A stretch of DNA of 64,000 nucleotides from a bacterium (GTDB lineage: Bacteria > Hinthialibacterota > Hinthialibacteria > Hinthialibacterales > Hinthialibacteraceae): the NCBI GenBank assembly GCA_963662285.2, contig CAXXMV010000006.1, forward strand, positions 800,001 to 864,000. The letters run 5' to 3'. The notes beneath the pieces are model-generated. The model searched no databases. It worked only from the letters and a program-made list of their open reading frames with translations, and was not told where the DNA came from. This document shows, piece after piece, positions 19,917 to 30,183 of this stretch; the first letter of the stretch is position 1; every line of letters begins with the position of its first letter. A program made the position numbers and the translations under genes.

Positions 19917-20021
19917 GAGCTATAGTTTCCAAAAAAATGAGTTTAATAACTCATTTAGGTCAATAACGGTAAATCAGCTAATCACTACAATACTATTTTG
20001 ATAATAGCTCAAGAAAACTAA

Positions 20022-20228
20022 TTAATCGTCGTTATTTTTCCGTAATAGGGTAACGGCGATAGATAACAAAAGGGCTGAGTTGGCGAAGTTTAAGAAACTT
20101 TGTGGTTTGATAGGAAACTGTTGACTGATGCCCATGGCTGACAAGTCGACTCCAACTAGTTTAACCGCAATGCCTGCGAGTATGGCGAGTGTTGCTAATA
20201 GAATTAGTAATTTAGGACATAAATTCAT
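20022..20228 (-). CDS. Small two-TM membrane protein
   Basis: 68 aa, two hydrophobic segments, GGAGG ribosome binding site. Confidence 0.7.
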   Translation of the reverse strand: MNLCPKLLILLATLAILAGIAVKLVGVDLSAMGISQQFPIKPQSFLNFANSALLLSIAVTLLRKNNDD

Positions 20229-20334
20229 CGTTCAAACCTCCATATAAACCAAAGAAAAAGAATAAGTTGTTTTGAAAAGTCTAATAAATAACTGGCTCTA
20301 TGTAAAGAAGATGCTTGAAAAAAAGAAAAGAGAA

Positions 20335-20535
20335 CAAAAAAAATCCGCTCATACGAGCGGTTTTTGACGTATTACGACGCTTTTACCTCCCCAACTGCTA
20401 GACAAAAGTCCCCATAACTACCGTTTTCCTATTTGTTTTCAAGGACATGTTTTCCTTGAGTCTCAGATACGTTCCCTATTTCCTACCTCTTTGAACGTCG
20501 TAATAGCGCAAATTAATCAAAATAAACATCTTATT
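20335..20535 (-). ncRNA. Candidate structured small RNA with six GGA motifs and an intrinsic terminator
   Basis: A perfect 10-bp stem (20370-20379 with 20496-20505) encloses a purine-rich interior. Terminator ccgctc-gtat-gagcgg plus U-tract; extended -10 TGcTATAAC near 20540-20548. Confidence 0.5.
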
Positions 20536-20765
20536 TTTACGTTATAGCAAATATTAACTCCGATTTAAAGACCAATATCACCTTTTTGTAAGAATTATGT
20601 ATTTTTTTTAATTAGAATATCTAAGATGAAACGGGAAAAAGCCAAAAATTGTTTTCATTATTTGATTCAATGTTTCGAGCAATCGCCCTGAAGATAAAAT
20701 AAAGATATAATCAAGAAAAAATACTATAGTAAAAAAATCCTTAAAACGAATAGAAAGAATATATT

Positions 20766-22304
20766 ATGCGGCATGACAACATTCTTATCCTGGATTTCGG
20801 GTCACAATACAGCCATCTTATCGCCAGACGCATCCGTGAACTGGGGGTATATTGTGAACTGCACGCTTGCACCAGCGCCAAAGAGGCTATTGCAGAGTTG
20901 TCTCCCAAAGGGATTATCTTATCCGGCGGGCCTTATTCGGTTTATGAGAAAGACGCTCCTCATGCCAGCGACGATATTTGGACTGTCGGCTTGCCAGTGC
21001 TCGGAATCTGCTATGGTCTGCAAGAGATGGCTCTGCATCATGGCGGCAAGGTTGCTCAGGGCGAGCACCGGGAATATGGACATGCCGAATTAATCATTGA
21101 TCAATCTTCTGGGCTGTTTGACGGATTGCCTGAATCAACCAAGGTCTGGATGAGTCATGGCGATAAAGTTCATGAAATACCAGCTGGTTTTTGCGATATC
21201 GCTCATACTAATAATTCCGAACACGCCGCATTTGCGAATGTTGAACGGCAACTATACGGCATACAGTTTCATCCTGAAGTAAGCCACACGCCACTGGGAA
21301 AGACCATCCTGCAAAATTTCGTACAAGGGATTTGCCATTGTAAAGCGGATTGGTCGATGGGATCATTCGTCGACGAAGCCATCCAGCGCATCCGCCAGCA
21401 AGTAGGTGATGGCATTGTTATCGGCGCTATCAGCGGTGGAGTTGATTCATCCGTGGCCGCTGTGTTGATGCACCAGGCCATTGGCGACCGTTTCCAAGGC
21501 TTCCTGGTAGATAATGGCGTATTGCGCCACAACGAAGCCGAACAGGTGATGAATCGACTTAAAGACCATCTGGGCATTAACTTAACTCTGATTGACGCCA
21601 GCCGATTGTTCCTGGATAGACTTAAAGGCGTAACTGAACCTGAAGCCAAGCGCAAAATAATTGGAAATACCTTCATTAATATTTTTGAAGCGGAAGCCAG
21701 CAGGATCCAAGGCGCCGATTTTTTACTGCAAGGTACGCTCTATCCGGATGTTATCGAATCAGTTTCATTCAAAGGTCCATCGGCGACTATTAAAACGCAC
21801 CACAATGTCGGCGGTTTGCTGGAGAATATGAAACTGGAATTGATCGAACCCCTGCGCGAATTATTCAAAGACGAAGTCAGGGCCTTGGGTCTTGAATTGG
21901 GTTTGGATGAAGAGAGCGTTTACCGTCAGCCTTTCCCCGGTCCTGGATTGGCCATACGCATACTGGGCGATATCACCGAAGAACGTTTGGATATGCTGCG
22001 TCAGGCGGACGTTATATATATTGAGGAAATCAAGAAAGCTGGTCTCTACCGGGATATCGGGCAGGCTTTCGCGGTGCTGCTTCCCATTAAATCTGTTGGA
22101 GTTATGGGCGACAGCCGCACCTATGAGCAGGTTATCGCCCTTCGCGCCGTACAAACCACCGATTACATGACCGCCGATTGGTTCCCCATGCCGGATGAAG
22201 TTCTGCGCATTACCGCCAACCGCATTATTAACGAAGTGCATGGAATAAACCGGGTGGTCTATGATATTTCATCAAAACCGCCCAGCACTATTGAATGGGA
22301 ATAG
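20766..22304 (+). CDS. guaA: GMP synthase (glutamine-hydrolysing)
   Basis: [32 protein letters not shown] and KPPSTIEWE. Confidence 0.97.
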   Translation: MRHDNILILDFGSQYSHLIARRIRELGVYCELHACTSAKEAIAELSPKGIILSGGPYSVYEKDAPHASDDIWTVGLPVLGICYGLQEMALHHGGKVAQGEHREYGHAELIIDQSSGLFDGLPESTKVWMSHGDKVHEIPAGFCDIAHTNNSEHAAFANVERQLYGIQFHPEVSHTPLGKTILQNFVQGICHCKADWSMGSFVDEAIQRIRQQVGDGIVIGAISGGVDSSVAAVLMHQAIGDRFQGFLVDNGVLRHNEAEQVMNRLKDHLGINLTLIDASRLFLDRLKGVTEPEAKRKIIGNTFINIFEAEASRIQGADFLLQGTLYPDVIESVSFKGPSATIKTHHNVGGLLENMKLELIEPLRELFKDEVRALGLELGLDEESVYRQPFPGPGLAIRILGDITEERLDMLRQADVIYIEEIKKAGLYRDIGQAFAVLLPIKSVGVMGDSRTYEQVIALRAVQTTDYMTADWFPMPDEVLRITANRIINEVHGINRVVYDISSKPPSTIEWE

Positions 22305-22307
22305 GAT

Positions 22308-22532
22308 TTAATTGCATTTGATCTCAACAGACGTAGACGCATCTGTCGAGAAGGCTATGCCGATGGCCTTTTCTATATCTTGTATGGCTGCATCATCAAT
22401 GTATTTCTCACCACAATCCCGGCATACAAACACAGGCGCGTGGTTGACATGAAGTTTTTTGCCGTCTTTTTCGATGGTTAAAGAGGCGGCTTTTAATTCA
22501 ATGTGGCCTTGTTGGCAGAAGCGGCATTTCAT
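22308..22532 (-). CDS. YgiT/MqsA-type zinc finger protein (no HTH domain, no adjacent toxin)
   Basis: MKCRFC..G ... P..VCRDCGE.Y. Confidence 0.8.
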   Translation of the reverse strand: MKCRFCQQGHIELKAASLTIEKDGKKLHVNHAPVFVCRDCGEKYIDDAAIQDIEKAIGIAFSTDASTSVEIKCN

Positions 22533-22601
22533 TTTTTATATGTTGTTCCTTGTTTAGTTTAATCAGTGGTTTATGGTTAATTGTTAATATTAAGTGATAG
22601 T

Positions 22602-22824
22602 ATCAAGGACTGACCGCATTGCGATCGGGTGGCAAGGGCAGTGTATTTTCTGCCCTTGATTGAGTTCACCTCATTTATTTCCATAGTTTTTATCAACAAT
22701 CCACGTTGAAGGTAGAATCAAATTCAATTTTTTGTGCTTGTAATTGGATTATATAGAATCAAGATTTATTTTGTTTTTCCGAGGTTACCAGTCAAGGGCA
22801 GAAAGGACACTGCCCTTGGCACCC
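22602..22824. repeat. Inverted doublet of the GGGTGGCAAGGGCA REP family plus a partial third copy
   Basis: gggtggcaagggcagtgtattttctgcccttgatt ... agtcaagggcagaaaggacactgcccttggcaccc. Confidence 0.75.
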
Positions 22825-22838
22825 ATGTTCTTCTTTAT

Positions 22839-23771
22839 TCAGTCTAATTTATCATCGATAATTGATCCATACATAGATGGTCGGCGGTTTTCGAAGCGGT
22901 CTTTGATTTTTTCGGGATCAGTGTTTACCGTATAATAAACTGTCTCGTCTTTTCCACCCATGACCTCAATCTTACCATGTCTTGTAATCAATAGGCTTTG
23001 CTGGGGGTGGCAGAATACCAGGGCGCATCGATTTTCGTATGCGCGGGTTCGCATCATGGCCGTATTCCAGCCGTCGCCCTCATCAAAACTGCCATAAGAT
23101 GGAACCAGCAGAATCTGCGCTCCTTTGAGGGCAAGTATGCGGGCATTCTCCGGCAGTTGCCTGTCATAGCAGATCATGATGCCAATCTTACCGAATGGGG
23201 TGTCAAAAACCGGATATTCATTTCCTGGTTGATAAAAAGTGGGAATCTCTTGATAGCCCTGTGCGAAATGAGTTTTGCTATAACGCCCGATGATATCCCC
23301 GTCGGGATCAATCAGAATGACTGAGTTATATAATCTATCCTCGCGCCGTTCCAGAAATCCTAATGTAAAGAAGATGTCCAGTTCATCGGCCAGACTACAT
23401 GCTTTTTTTATATATGGTCCATCGATTGGCTCGCTTAATTCAATAAATTGCTTTATTAATTCGGATTTTTTATCAGAATCCTTTTCCCGGTTCACATTAT
23501 TGATCACATATCCGTCAAGAACTCCTTCGGGAGTAACTACCAGTTGGGGCTTATTTTGACTAAGGGCTTGCCTGACCATAGTCTCAATTTTCGTCCAATT
23601 GGCTGGTTTATCCCATTTTTCAGGATAGATGGAAAGGCTGGCAATATGCATTTCCAGATGTTTTTGAGGCGAATCCTGGTATTTCCCCAATCGCATTGAT
23701 TGCGCATGAGAGGTTGACAGAACGGACATTATGAGGATGAATACTCCAGTAGTTAGTAACAATCTGCGCAT
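22839..23771 (-). CDS. Secreted carbon-nitrogen hydrolase (nitrilase superfamily)
   Basis: Signal peptide; E-K-C catalytic triad in TPEG, YSKTH and ICYD. Confidence 0.9.
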   Translation of the reverse strand: MRRLLLTTGVFILIMSVLSTSHAQSMRLGKYQDSPQKHLEMHIASLSIYPEKWDKPANWTKIETMVRQALSQNKPQLVVTPEGVLDGYVINNVNREKDSDKKSELIKQFIELSEPIDGPYIKKACSLADELDIFFTLGFLERREDRLYNSVILIDPDGDIIGRYSKTHFAQGYQEIPTFYQPGNEYPVFDTPFGKIGIMICYDRQLPENARILALKGAQILLVPSYGSFDEGDGWNTAMMRTRAYENRCALVFCHPQQSLLITRHGKIEVMGGKDETVYYTVNTDPEKIKDRFENRRPSMYGSIIDDKLD

Positions 23772-23905
23772 AATTGGCTCCCGGATTCAGCAATGGTGTT
23801 TACATTTTGCAACCCGCCTGGGATAAATAAAAGCGGGTCGTGGATTAAGAATAAAATTGATCCCAACACTCTTTACTTATTGAAGATATTGTAATTAATA
23901 CTGCT

Positions 23906-24781
23906 ATGGATGAAACCCCGGCACGGCTTCCCGTTGATATTCCCGGCTTTAGCGGCCCTCTTGAATTGCTGGTTCATTTAATCAGCAAGAAAGAGATGGA
24001 TATTTTTTCCGTTTCCCTGACGGATTTAACCGATGATTTTATTAAATCAATCGATGCTCCCGAAAACAGGGACCTTGATATTGCAGGTGAATACCTGGTT
24101 TTGGCAGCTACTTTGATTCGATTTAAGGCCAGAGCGTTGTTGCCTAAAGAAGAGATTACTCCTGATGAAGAAGAGATTGAAGATCAGGTGTTGGAAGAAC
24201 GCCGTAAGGAATATGACCGTTTCCGTGAATTGGCTGGAATGCTGCGCCATCGTGAAGAAGAAAACGCCGCCCTGTTCTCCCGGTCCGGTCCCTCTCCTGA
24301 AGGTAAAGGTCAGGTTGTAGAATATACTGAAGTCAGCGTTTATGATCTTTATAAAACTTTCCAGCAGATCATTGAAGAGATTGGCGAGCGCGAAAAACGC
24401 TTTATTACGGGAGAATCTTTCTCAGTCGATGAAAAAATGATGGAAATCGAATCGCTGCTTGAACATAACGATATTCTTGTTCTAAGCGATTATTTAAGAA
24501 CGCTGGAATCGAAATTAGAAATAATTGTGGTTTTTCTGGCTTTACTGGAGCTTATTCGCCTTTGCGAAGTACGCGCAGTTCAAAAGTTAAACCACCATGA
24601 AATCGTTCTTGAAAAAGGCGAAAAATTAGTTACTCCTCATTCTGAGGATGAAGATAATGACGATGACGATGTTGATGAGAACAACGACGAGATTGACGAC
24701 GGTTCACATCAAGTAAAACCAGAAGAAACAACATCCGAAGAAACTGAATCTTCGGATTCTATGGATAGCGATCATGGATAA
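23906..24781 (+). CDS. scpA: Segregation and condensation protein A
   Basis: FSGPLELLVHLI, EYLVLAATL..KAR.LLP and FLALLEL; acidic tail. Confidence 0.92.
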   Translation: MDETPARLPVDIPGFSGPLELLVHLISKKEMDIFSVSLTDLTDDFIKSIDAPENRDLDIAGEYLVLAATLIRFKARALLPKEEITPDEEEIEDQVLEERRKEYDRFRELAGMLRHREEENAALFSRSGPSPEGKGQVVEYTEVSVYDLYKTFQQIIEEIGEREKRFITGESFSVDEKMMEIESLLEHNDILVLSDYLRTLESKLEIIVVFLALLELIRLCEVRAVQKLNHHEIVLEKGEKLVTPHSEDEDNDDDDVDENNDEIDDGSHQVKPEETTSEETESSDSMDSDHG

Positions 24782-25574
24782 AGAACAATTAATCGGCGCC
24801 ATTGAAGCATTAATCTTCGTATCCGGCGATCCGGTACCCTTAAAACGACTGGAAGAAGTTTTAGAAGCATCCGAAGATGATATCAAGGAATCCATCGAGA
24901 CTCTTTCAGAAAGGTACCTCGATTGCGGCGCCGGAATACAACTTATGGAAGTGGCCGGAGGCTTCCAACTACGTACGCGTCCCACATATAGTTTACAGGT
25001 CAATACATTTCTGGAGCGCAAACGGAAAACCACTTTGAGCGGACCGGCTTTGGAAACATTAGCTATTATCGCTTACAAACAACCGATCACCCGTGCGGAA
25101 ATAGAAGTGGTTCGCGGCGTCATGGTCGACGGCGTTCTGAAATCCCTGCTCGACAAACGTCTAATAAAAGTCGCCGGAGTGAAAGATGTTCCAGGCCGCC
25201 CTAATCTATATCGAACGACCAAACGTTTTCTGGAATACTTTGGGATAATATCGTTGAAAGACCTTCCCCCCATACAAGATATTGAAAAAACTTTTGCGGT
25301 CAGTTCAGGTATAATAGAAGAAGAACCGTTAATCGAAACAGACTCTAACGGTGAAATAGAAGCAGCATCCCAAACAGAAGCGGTTAATGATCCCGATTTA
25401 CATGTAGAAGAAGAGAATACTCAAGAAACAAATCCAACAGAATCTGAAACAGAAACTGAAACAGAAACAGTTAACAACTCCGATTCTCAAGCAGAAGAAG
25501 AAAATACTCAAGAAACAAATCCAACAGAATCCAAACCGGCGGACGCCACTCCAGATGACGAAAAATCAGAATAA
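24774..25574 (+). CDS. scpB: Segregation and condensation protein B
   Basis: IEALIF, ALETLAIIAYKQPITRAEIE.VRGV and GRP.LY.TT..FL.YFG. Confidence 0.95.
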   Translation: MDKEQLIGAIEALIFVSGDPVPLKRLEEVLEASEDDIKESIETLSERYLDCGAGIQLMEVAGGFQLRTRPTYSLQVNTFLERKRKTTLSGPALETLAIIAYKQPITRAEIEVVRGVMVDGVLKSLLDKRLIKVAGVKDVPGRPNLYRTTKRFLEYFGIISLKDLPPIQDIEKTFAVSSGIIEEEPLIETDSNGEIEAASQTEAVNDPDLHVEEENTQETNPTESETETETETVNNSDSQAEEENTQETNPTESKPADATPDDEKSE

Positions 25575-26340
25575 CCAAGAAGATGCAACCATTCGTTTGA
25601 ATAAATTATTAGCCCGGCACGGCTTTTGTTCTCGACGAAAAGCGGATGAATGGATTAAAGCAGGCCGGGTAGCGATAGATGGGATTATTTGCCGTGAAGT
25701 CGGTATTCAAGTAGATCCATCGAATCAGGATATCGTGGTAGATGGTAACGAACTGGAAACTGCGCCGCCTTTATACTATATTTTGTTGAATAAACCTACC
25801 GGAGTAATTACCAGCCGCACCGATCCACAAAATCGAAAGACGGTATTAGACCTACTTCCAGAACAATTAGTAAAAGCGGGAGTAAATCCGGTCGGTCGTC
25901 TTGATTTCGATTCAGAAGGTCTGCTCCTCATTACCAATGATGGCGATTGGAGTCAGATTCTGCTCCATCCCCGGCATCAAATCTGGAAAGAATATATTGT
26001 AAAAACTGATCAGGAGATTTTACCTAATCACAGAAAACGACTTGAGCGGGGCGTCTTAATCGATGAAAAACTGACGCTTCCTTCGCGTATATCAGTAGAT
26101 CCTGCAGATTCATCATCCCAAAAACGGTTTTCAATTTCGATCCGCGAGGGAAGAAATCGTCAAATCCGTAGAATGTGTTCGGTTATCGGTTTGACAGTTG
26201 TTTCTTTACAACGGATCAAAATGGGACCAATCAGGCTGGGTTCACTGGAAAAAGGCAAGTGGCGGCATCTCCTGAAAACGGAGATAAATGAAGTTTTACA
26301 GATCGAAGCCAGAATCAAGAAACAAAGTGACGCCACTTGA
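25555..26340 (+). CDS. rluB: RsuA/RluB family rRNA pseudouridine synthase
   Basis: S4 domain, GRLDFDSEGL and EGRNRQIRRM; typical scpAB linkage. Confidence 0.85.
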   Translation: MTKNQNNQEDATIRLNKLLARHGFCSRRKADEWIKAGRVAIDGIICREVGIQVDPSNQDIVVDGNELETAPPLYYILLNKPTGVITSRTDPQNRKTVLDLLPEQLVKAGVNPVGRLDFDSEGLLLITNDGDWSQILLHPRHQIWKEYIVKTDQEILPNHRKRLERGVLIDEKLTLPSRISVDPADSSSQKRFSISIREGRNRQIRRMCSVIGLTVVSLQRIKMGPIRLGSLEKGKWRHLLKTEINEVLQIEARIKKQSDAT

Positions 26341-26618
26341 AAAGGTTTTAAGAAAGATATACAAACTTCCTAGATAAAAACGAAAAATAGGGGCATGAAT
26401 AAATTATATATTTATTATCATCAGACCGATTCTTATGATAATGATCATGTTGTTCTATTAAGCGTATTCAAAAAAAGGCTGCCTGTAAGACTTTTCTAAA
26501 ACGCTTAAATGAATATATTTATGATAATCACTCTTTTCAGACGAACGTGAATCCCCCTGTACAAAATATTCTTACAAGTTAGATATTAAGTGTAGAGTGA
26601 AACCGTGGAGGAATTACT

Positions 26619-29402
26619 GTGGCAAAATCTTTGGTCATTGTGGAATCACCAGCAAAAGCAAAAACAATCAGTCGCTTCTTAGGCGATCAATATACTGTTA
26701 TAGCCAGTTATGGACATATCAGAGACCTTCCCGGTTCAGCCGATGAAATCCCCGAACAATACAAATCAGAGCCATGGTCTACAATGGCGGTCGATATCGA
26801 AAATGGCTTTGCGCCAATTTATATAATTCCCAGAGACAGCAAAAAATATATAACTGCTCTCAAAAAAGAGATGAAAGGCGTTGAAGAAGTTATACTGGCG
26901 ACAGATGAAGACCGCGAGGGAGAATCCATCAGCTGGCATCTGCTTGAAACCTTACAACCCAAGGTTCCCATCAAGCGAATTGCATTTCACGAAATAACCA
27001 AAGAGGCCATTCAAGAAGCGCTGCACAATCCACGGCAGTTAAATCAGGACCTGGTGCGGGCGCAGGAATGCCGCCGGGTGTTGGATCGGCTTTTCGGTTA
27101 TTCCCTGTCTCCACTGCTTTGGAAAAAAGTTCGCCCCAAGTTAAGCGCCGGACGCGTGCAAAGCGTCGCGGTTCGTTTAGTGGTCGAAAGAGAAGAAGAA
27201 CGTAAGGCTTTCCGCATAGCAAAATACTGGAGTATTAACGCGGAACTTGAAGCCAAAGGCAATCAATTCCAGGCCAGTTTAATTACGCTTGATGGTAAAA
27301 GACCAGCCGATGGCAAGGATTTTGATTCACAAACCGGCGAGCTCAAGAAGGACGTCAAAACCAACAATGTTTTTCATATCTTAGAGGATGACGCCAAATC
27401 CCTTTCAGATACTCTTGCGCAGAATCTTCCCTGGCGCGTGGCGCGTGTAGAACAGAAAAAAACCAAGCAACGCCCGTCGCCGCCTTTCATCACTTCTACT
27501 TTGCAGCAGGCCGCCAGTTCTCTGTTGAACATGCCGCCCCGTCAAACCATGCAGGTCGCTCAGCGGCTCTACGAAGGCATCGATTTCGGCAGCGGCGAGC
27601 GCGAAGGTCTTATCACCTATATGCGTACTGACTCATTCACGCTCAGCGAAAAGGCTTTATCCGAAGCCGGGCAGGTGATTACAGATAAGTTCGGCCCGAA
27701 ATATTATACCGGCCCCCGGAGATACAAAGCCAAATCGAAAAACGCCCAGGAAGCGCATGAGGCTATTCGTCCCACTCATATCAAGCATTCTCCTGATCAA
27801 CTGAAATCGTTCCTTAGTAAAGAAGAATTCAACCTTTACCGCATTATCTGGAACCGGACTATGGCGTCGCAAATGGCGGATGCCGAATTATTGAAAACGG
27901 TTATTGATTTCGAAGCGGAAGTTAAGGGCGAAACCGCCGTTCTCAGATCGAATGGATCGGTTATTGCTTTCCCCGGTTATTTGAAGGTTGCTGATGTAGC
28001 GCAGAAAGACAACGTGCTGCCCGCTATTGAAGAGGGTGATAAAGTCGGTCCGGGTGAAAAGGTTGCTTTATTGAAAATGGATTCAAAAGAACACCAGACC
28101 CAACCTCCGGCTCGATACACTGAAGCATCGCTGATCCAGCGTCTTGAAGAAGAAGGCATTGGACGACCATCCACCTATGCGCCGACCATTACCACCATTC
28201 AACAACGCGGATATGTTAATCTGACCGGCAAAGTACTGATACCTACATTTCTGGCCATCGCTGTTACATCGTTACTACGTACGCATTTCAAAGAGTATGT
28301 AGACCTGGGCTTTACTGCCCGCATGGAAGACGCTCTTGATGAAATTTCTAATGGTGAGCAGGATTCGACCGCTTTCCTTTCCTCGTTCTATAAAGGAAAC
28401 GGTGATTTCGGTCATGGACTGGCCCCGCAAATCGAAACGGAATTGCCCAAGATAGAATTTCCCACTATTCCCATAGGCCGCGATCCGAAAAGCGGAGAAG
28501 AGATCATCATACGACTGGGTCGCACTTCTCCTTTTATCCAAAAAGGCGAGGGTGGGGCTGACAACACGGTTCCGATTCCCCATACGCTGGGTTATGAAGA
28601 ACTCACTTTAGAAAAAGCGCTGAATCTGCTTGAAAACAAAGCAAAATTCAATGAAGCCATAGGCCAGGATCCCAAGACGGGTGAAGATATATTCGCTCAG
28701 ATCGGTCCTTATGGTCCGTATGTACAACTGGGGCAGGTGACTGAAGATAAAAAGAAGAAACCCAAACGCGCCAGTCTTCCCAAGGGGATGCCCATGGAAG
28801 ACCTGACCCTGGAACTTGCTCTGAAATTGCTTTCTCTGCCGCGTGAATTGGGCTTTCATCCTGACACTGGAGTTCTTATAACAACCGCCATTGGTCGTTT
28901 TGGTCCTTATGTAAAATGTGATAGTGATTTCCGTAGTTTAGCTAAGACGGATGATCCCTATACTATAGAGTTACCGCGGGCGTTGGAGTTATTGGCTGAA
29001 CCAAAACGCAGCCGCCGCACAACCAAAACAGTTCTTAAGGCGTTGGGCAAACACCCTGAAACCAAGAATGAAATCGAATTATGCGATGGACGCTATGGTC
29101 CATTCGTTACTGATGGAGAGGTCAACGCCTCGATTCCCAAAGGTTCCGAACCTGATTCAGTAACTCTTGAACAAGCCTTGAAATTGCTTGAGGATGCTCC
29201 CAAGAAAAAAACCACCCGTAAGAAATCAACCGCCAAGAAGAAGACTACTGCTAAAAAGAAAAGTACAGCTAAGAAAAAAACGACTGCCAAGAAGAAATCA
29301 ACCTCTGAAGATAACTCTGATGAGGAAACAACCGCTAAGACTACCAGGAAGAAAGTGGTCAGAAGAAAAGACGTTTCTAAGGCTATTACCACTGAAGAAT
29401 AG
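26619..29402 (+). CDS. topA: Type IA DNA topoisomerase I with Topo C-terminal repeats and a Lys-rich tail
   Basis: IVESPAKA, ATDEDREGE, SAGRVQS and ITYMRTDS; GPYGPYV/GRFGPYV/GRYGPFV repeats. Confidence 0.97.
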   Translation: MAKSLVIVESPAKAKTISRFLGDQYTVIASYGHIRDLPGSADEIPEQYKSEPWSTMAVDIENGFAPIYIIPRDSKKYITALKKEMKGVEEVILATDEDREGESISWHLLETLQPKVPIKRIAFHEITKEAIQEALHNPRQLNQDLVRAQECRRVLDRLFGYSLSPLLWKKVRPKLSAGRVQSVAVRLVVEREEERKAFRIAKYWSINAELEAKGNQFQASLITLDGKRPADGKDFDSQTGELKKDVKTNNVFHILEDDAKSLSDTLAQNLPWRVARVEQKKTKQRPSPPFITSTLQQAASSLLNMPPRQTMQVAQRLYEGIDFGSGEREGLITYMRTDSFTLSEKALSEAGQVITDKFGPKYYTGPRRYKAKSKNAQEAHEAIRPTHIKHSPDQLKSFLSKEEFNLYRIIWNRTMASQMADAELLKTVIDFEAEVKGETAVLRSNGSVIAFPGYLKVADVAQKDNVLPAIEEGDKVGPGEKVALLKMDSKEHQTQPPARYTEASLIQRLEEEGIGRPSTYAPTITTIQQRGYVNLTGKVLIPTFLAIAVTSLLRTHFKEYVDLGFTARMEDALDEISNGEQDSTAFLSSFYKGNGDFGHGLAPQIETELPKIEFPTIPIGRDPKSGEEIIIRLGRTSPFIQKGEGGADNTVPIPHTLGYEELTLEKALNLLENKAKFNEAIGQDPKTGEDIFAQIGPYGPYVQLGQVTEDKKKKPKRASLPKGMPMEDLTLELALKLLSLPRELGFHPDTGVLITTAIGRFGPYVKCDSDFRSLAKTDDPYTIELPRALELLAEPKRSRRTTKTVLKALGKHPETKNEIELCDGRYGPFVTDGEVNASIPKGSEPDSVTLEQALKLLEDAPKKKTTRKKSTAKKKTTAKKKSTAKKKTTAKKKSTSEDNSDEETTAKTTRKKVVRRKDVSKAITTEE

Positions 29403-29408
29403 AACAGC

Positions 29409-29600
29409 ATGGATATTTGGGTTTGGCTTACATATTCATTATTCATAGGGTGCATCCTGGTTGGATGGGCGGCCTGTTGGCGCAGCGATCTTCCAACTGC
29501 GCAAAAGATATTCTGGTCGGCCATCATATTGGTTTTTCCTATAGCAGGTACGCTGATTTACTTTATCGCTGGTCAGGACAGTAGAGATTTAATATCATGA
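29409..29600 (+). CDS. PLDc N-terminal domain small membrane protein
   Basis: K.FW..IILVFPIAGTLIYF motif. Confidence 0.75.
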   Translation: MDIWVWLTYSLFIGCILVGWAACWRSDLPTAQKIFWSAIILVFPIAGTLIYFIAGQDSRDLIS

Positions 29601-30052
29601 CAAAAGAATATGTTCGAGCCAATGTCACCGCCGATATGCTTATACCCAATGAGAATGGCGAGATTCTTCTGATAAAGCGCAATAATGAGCCATTCCAGGG
29701 GCTTTATGCGATTCCCGGCGGCTTCCTCGAAGTGCATCAGGAAACGGTGGAGCAATGCGCTGTGCGTGAAGCGCAGGAAGAGACGGGTCTTAGGGTTGAA
29801 ATTGAACGGCTGATCGGAGTTTATTCCCACCCCAAGCGCGATCCACGCTGGCATAACGTAAGTGCAGTGTACCTGGCCAAGACGATTACTATGGAAGAAG
29901 CCGCTAAAGCTCTGGCTGGCGACGACGCCGGTGAGGTTTTGTGGGTTGATCCACAATCTGATGAATACCATCAACTATCCATCGCCTTTGATCACCGTGA
30001 TATCATTGATGATGCTTTGGCGTTCGGAATTAATTTAATTGCTGTTAAATAG
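29597..30052 (+). CDS. NUDIX hydrolase
   Basis: Nudix box GG....ETVEQCAVREAQEETGL, plus RDPR and AFDH. Confidence 0.92.
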   Translation: MTKEYVRANVTADMLIPNENGEILLIKRNNEPFQGLYAIPGGFLEVHQETVEQCAVREAQEETGLRVEIERLIGVYSHPKRDPRWHNVSAVYLAKTITMEEAAKALAGDDAGEVLWVDPQSDEYHQLSIAFDHRDIIDDALAFGINLIAVK

Positions 30053-30056
30053 CCCA

Positions 30057-30144
30057 CGTAGGGTGGGTCGCGCTTTTTCGACCCACTGATAATAATTGAT
30101 TAATTGCATAATCCGGTGGGTCATAAGACGCGACCCACCCTACG
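30057..30144. repeat. GTAG-family REP doublet (REPIN-like)
   Basis: cgtagggtgggtcgcg...cgcgacccaccctacg; second copy at 51202-51275. Confidence 0.85.
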
Positions 30145-30183
30145 CGAAGTTAAACCGCGCTATCATTGAAATTGATGTTTTTC

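Noticed and set aside
20335-20765. Purine riboswitch for guaA
   Set aside because: I could not find the purine aptamer consensus, and the terminator lies at the far end, in the orientation opposite to a guaA leader.
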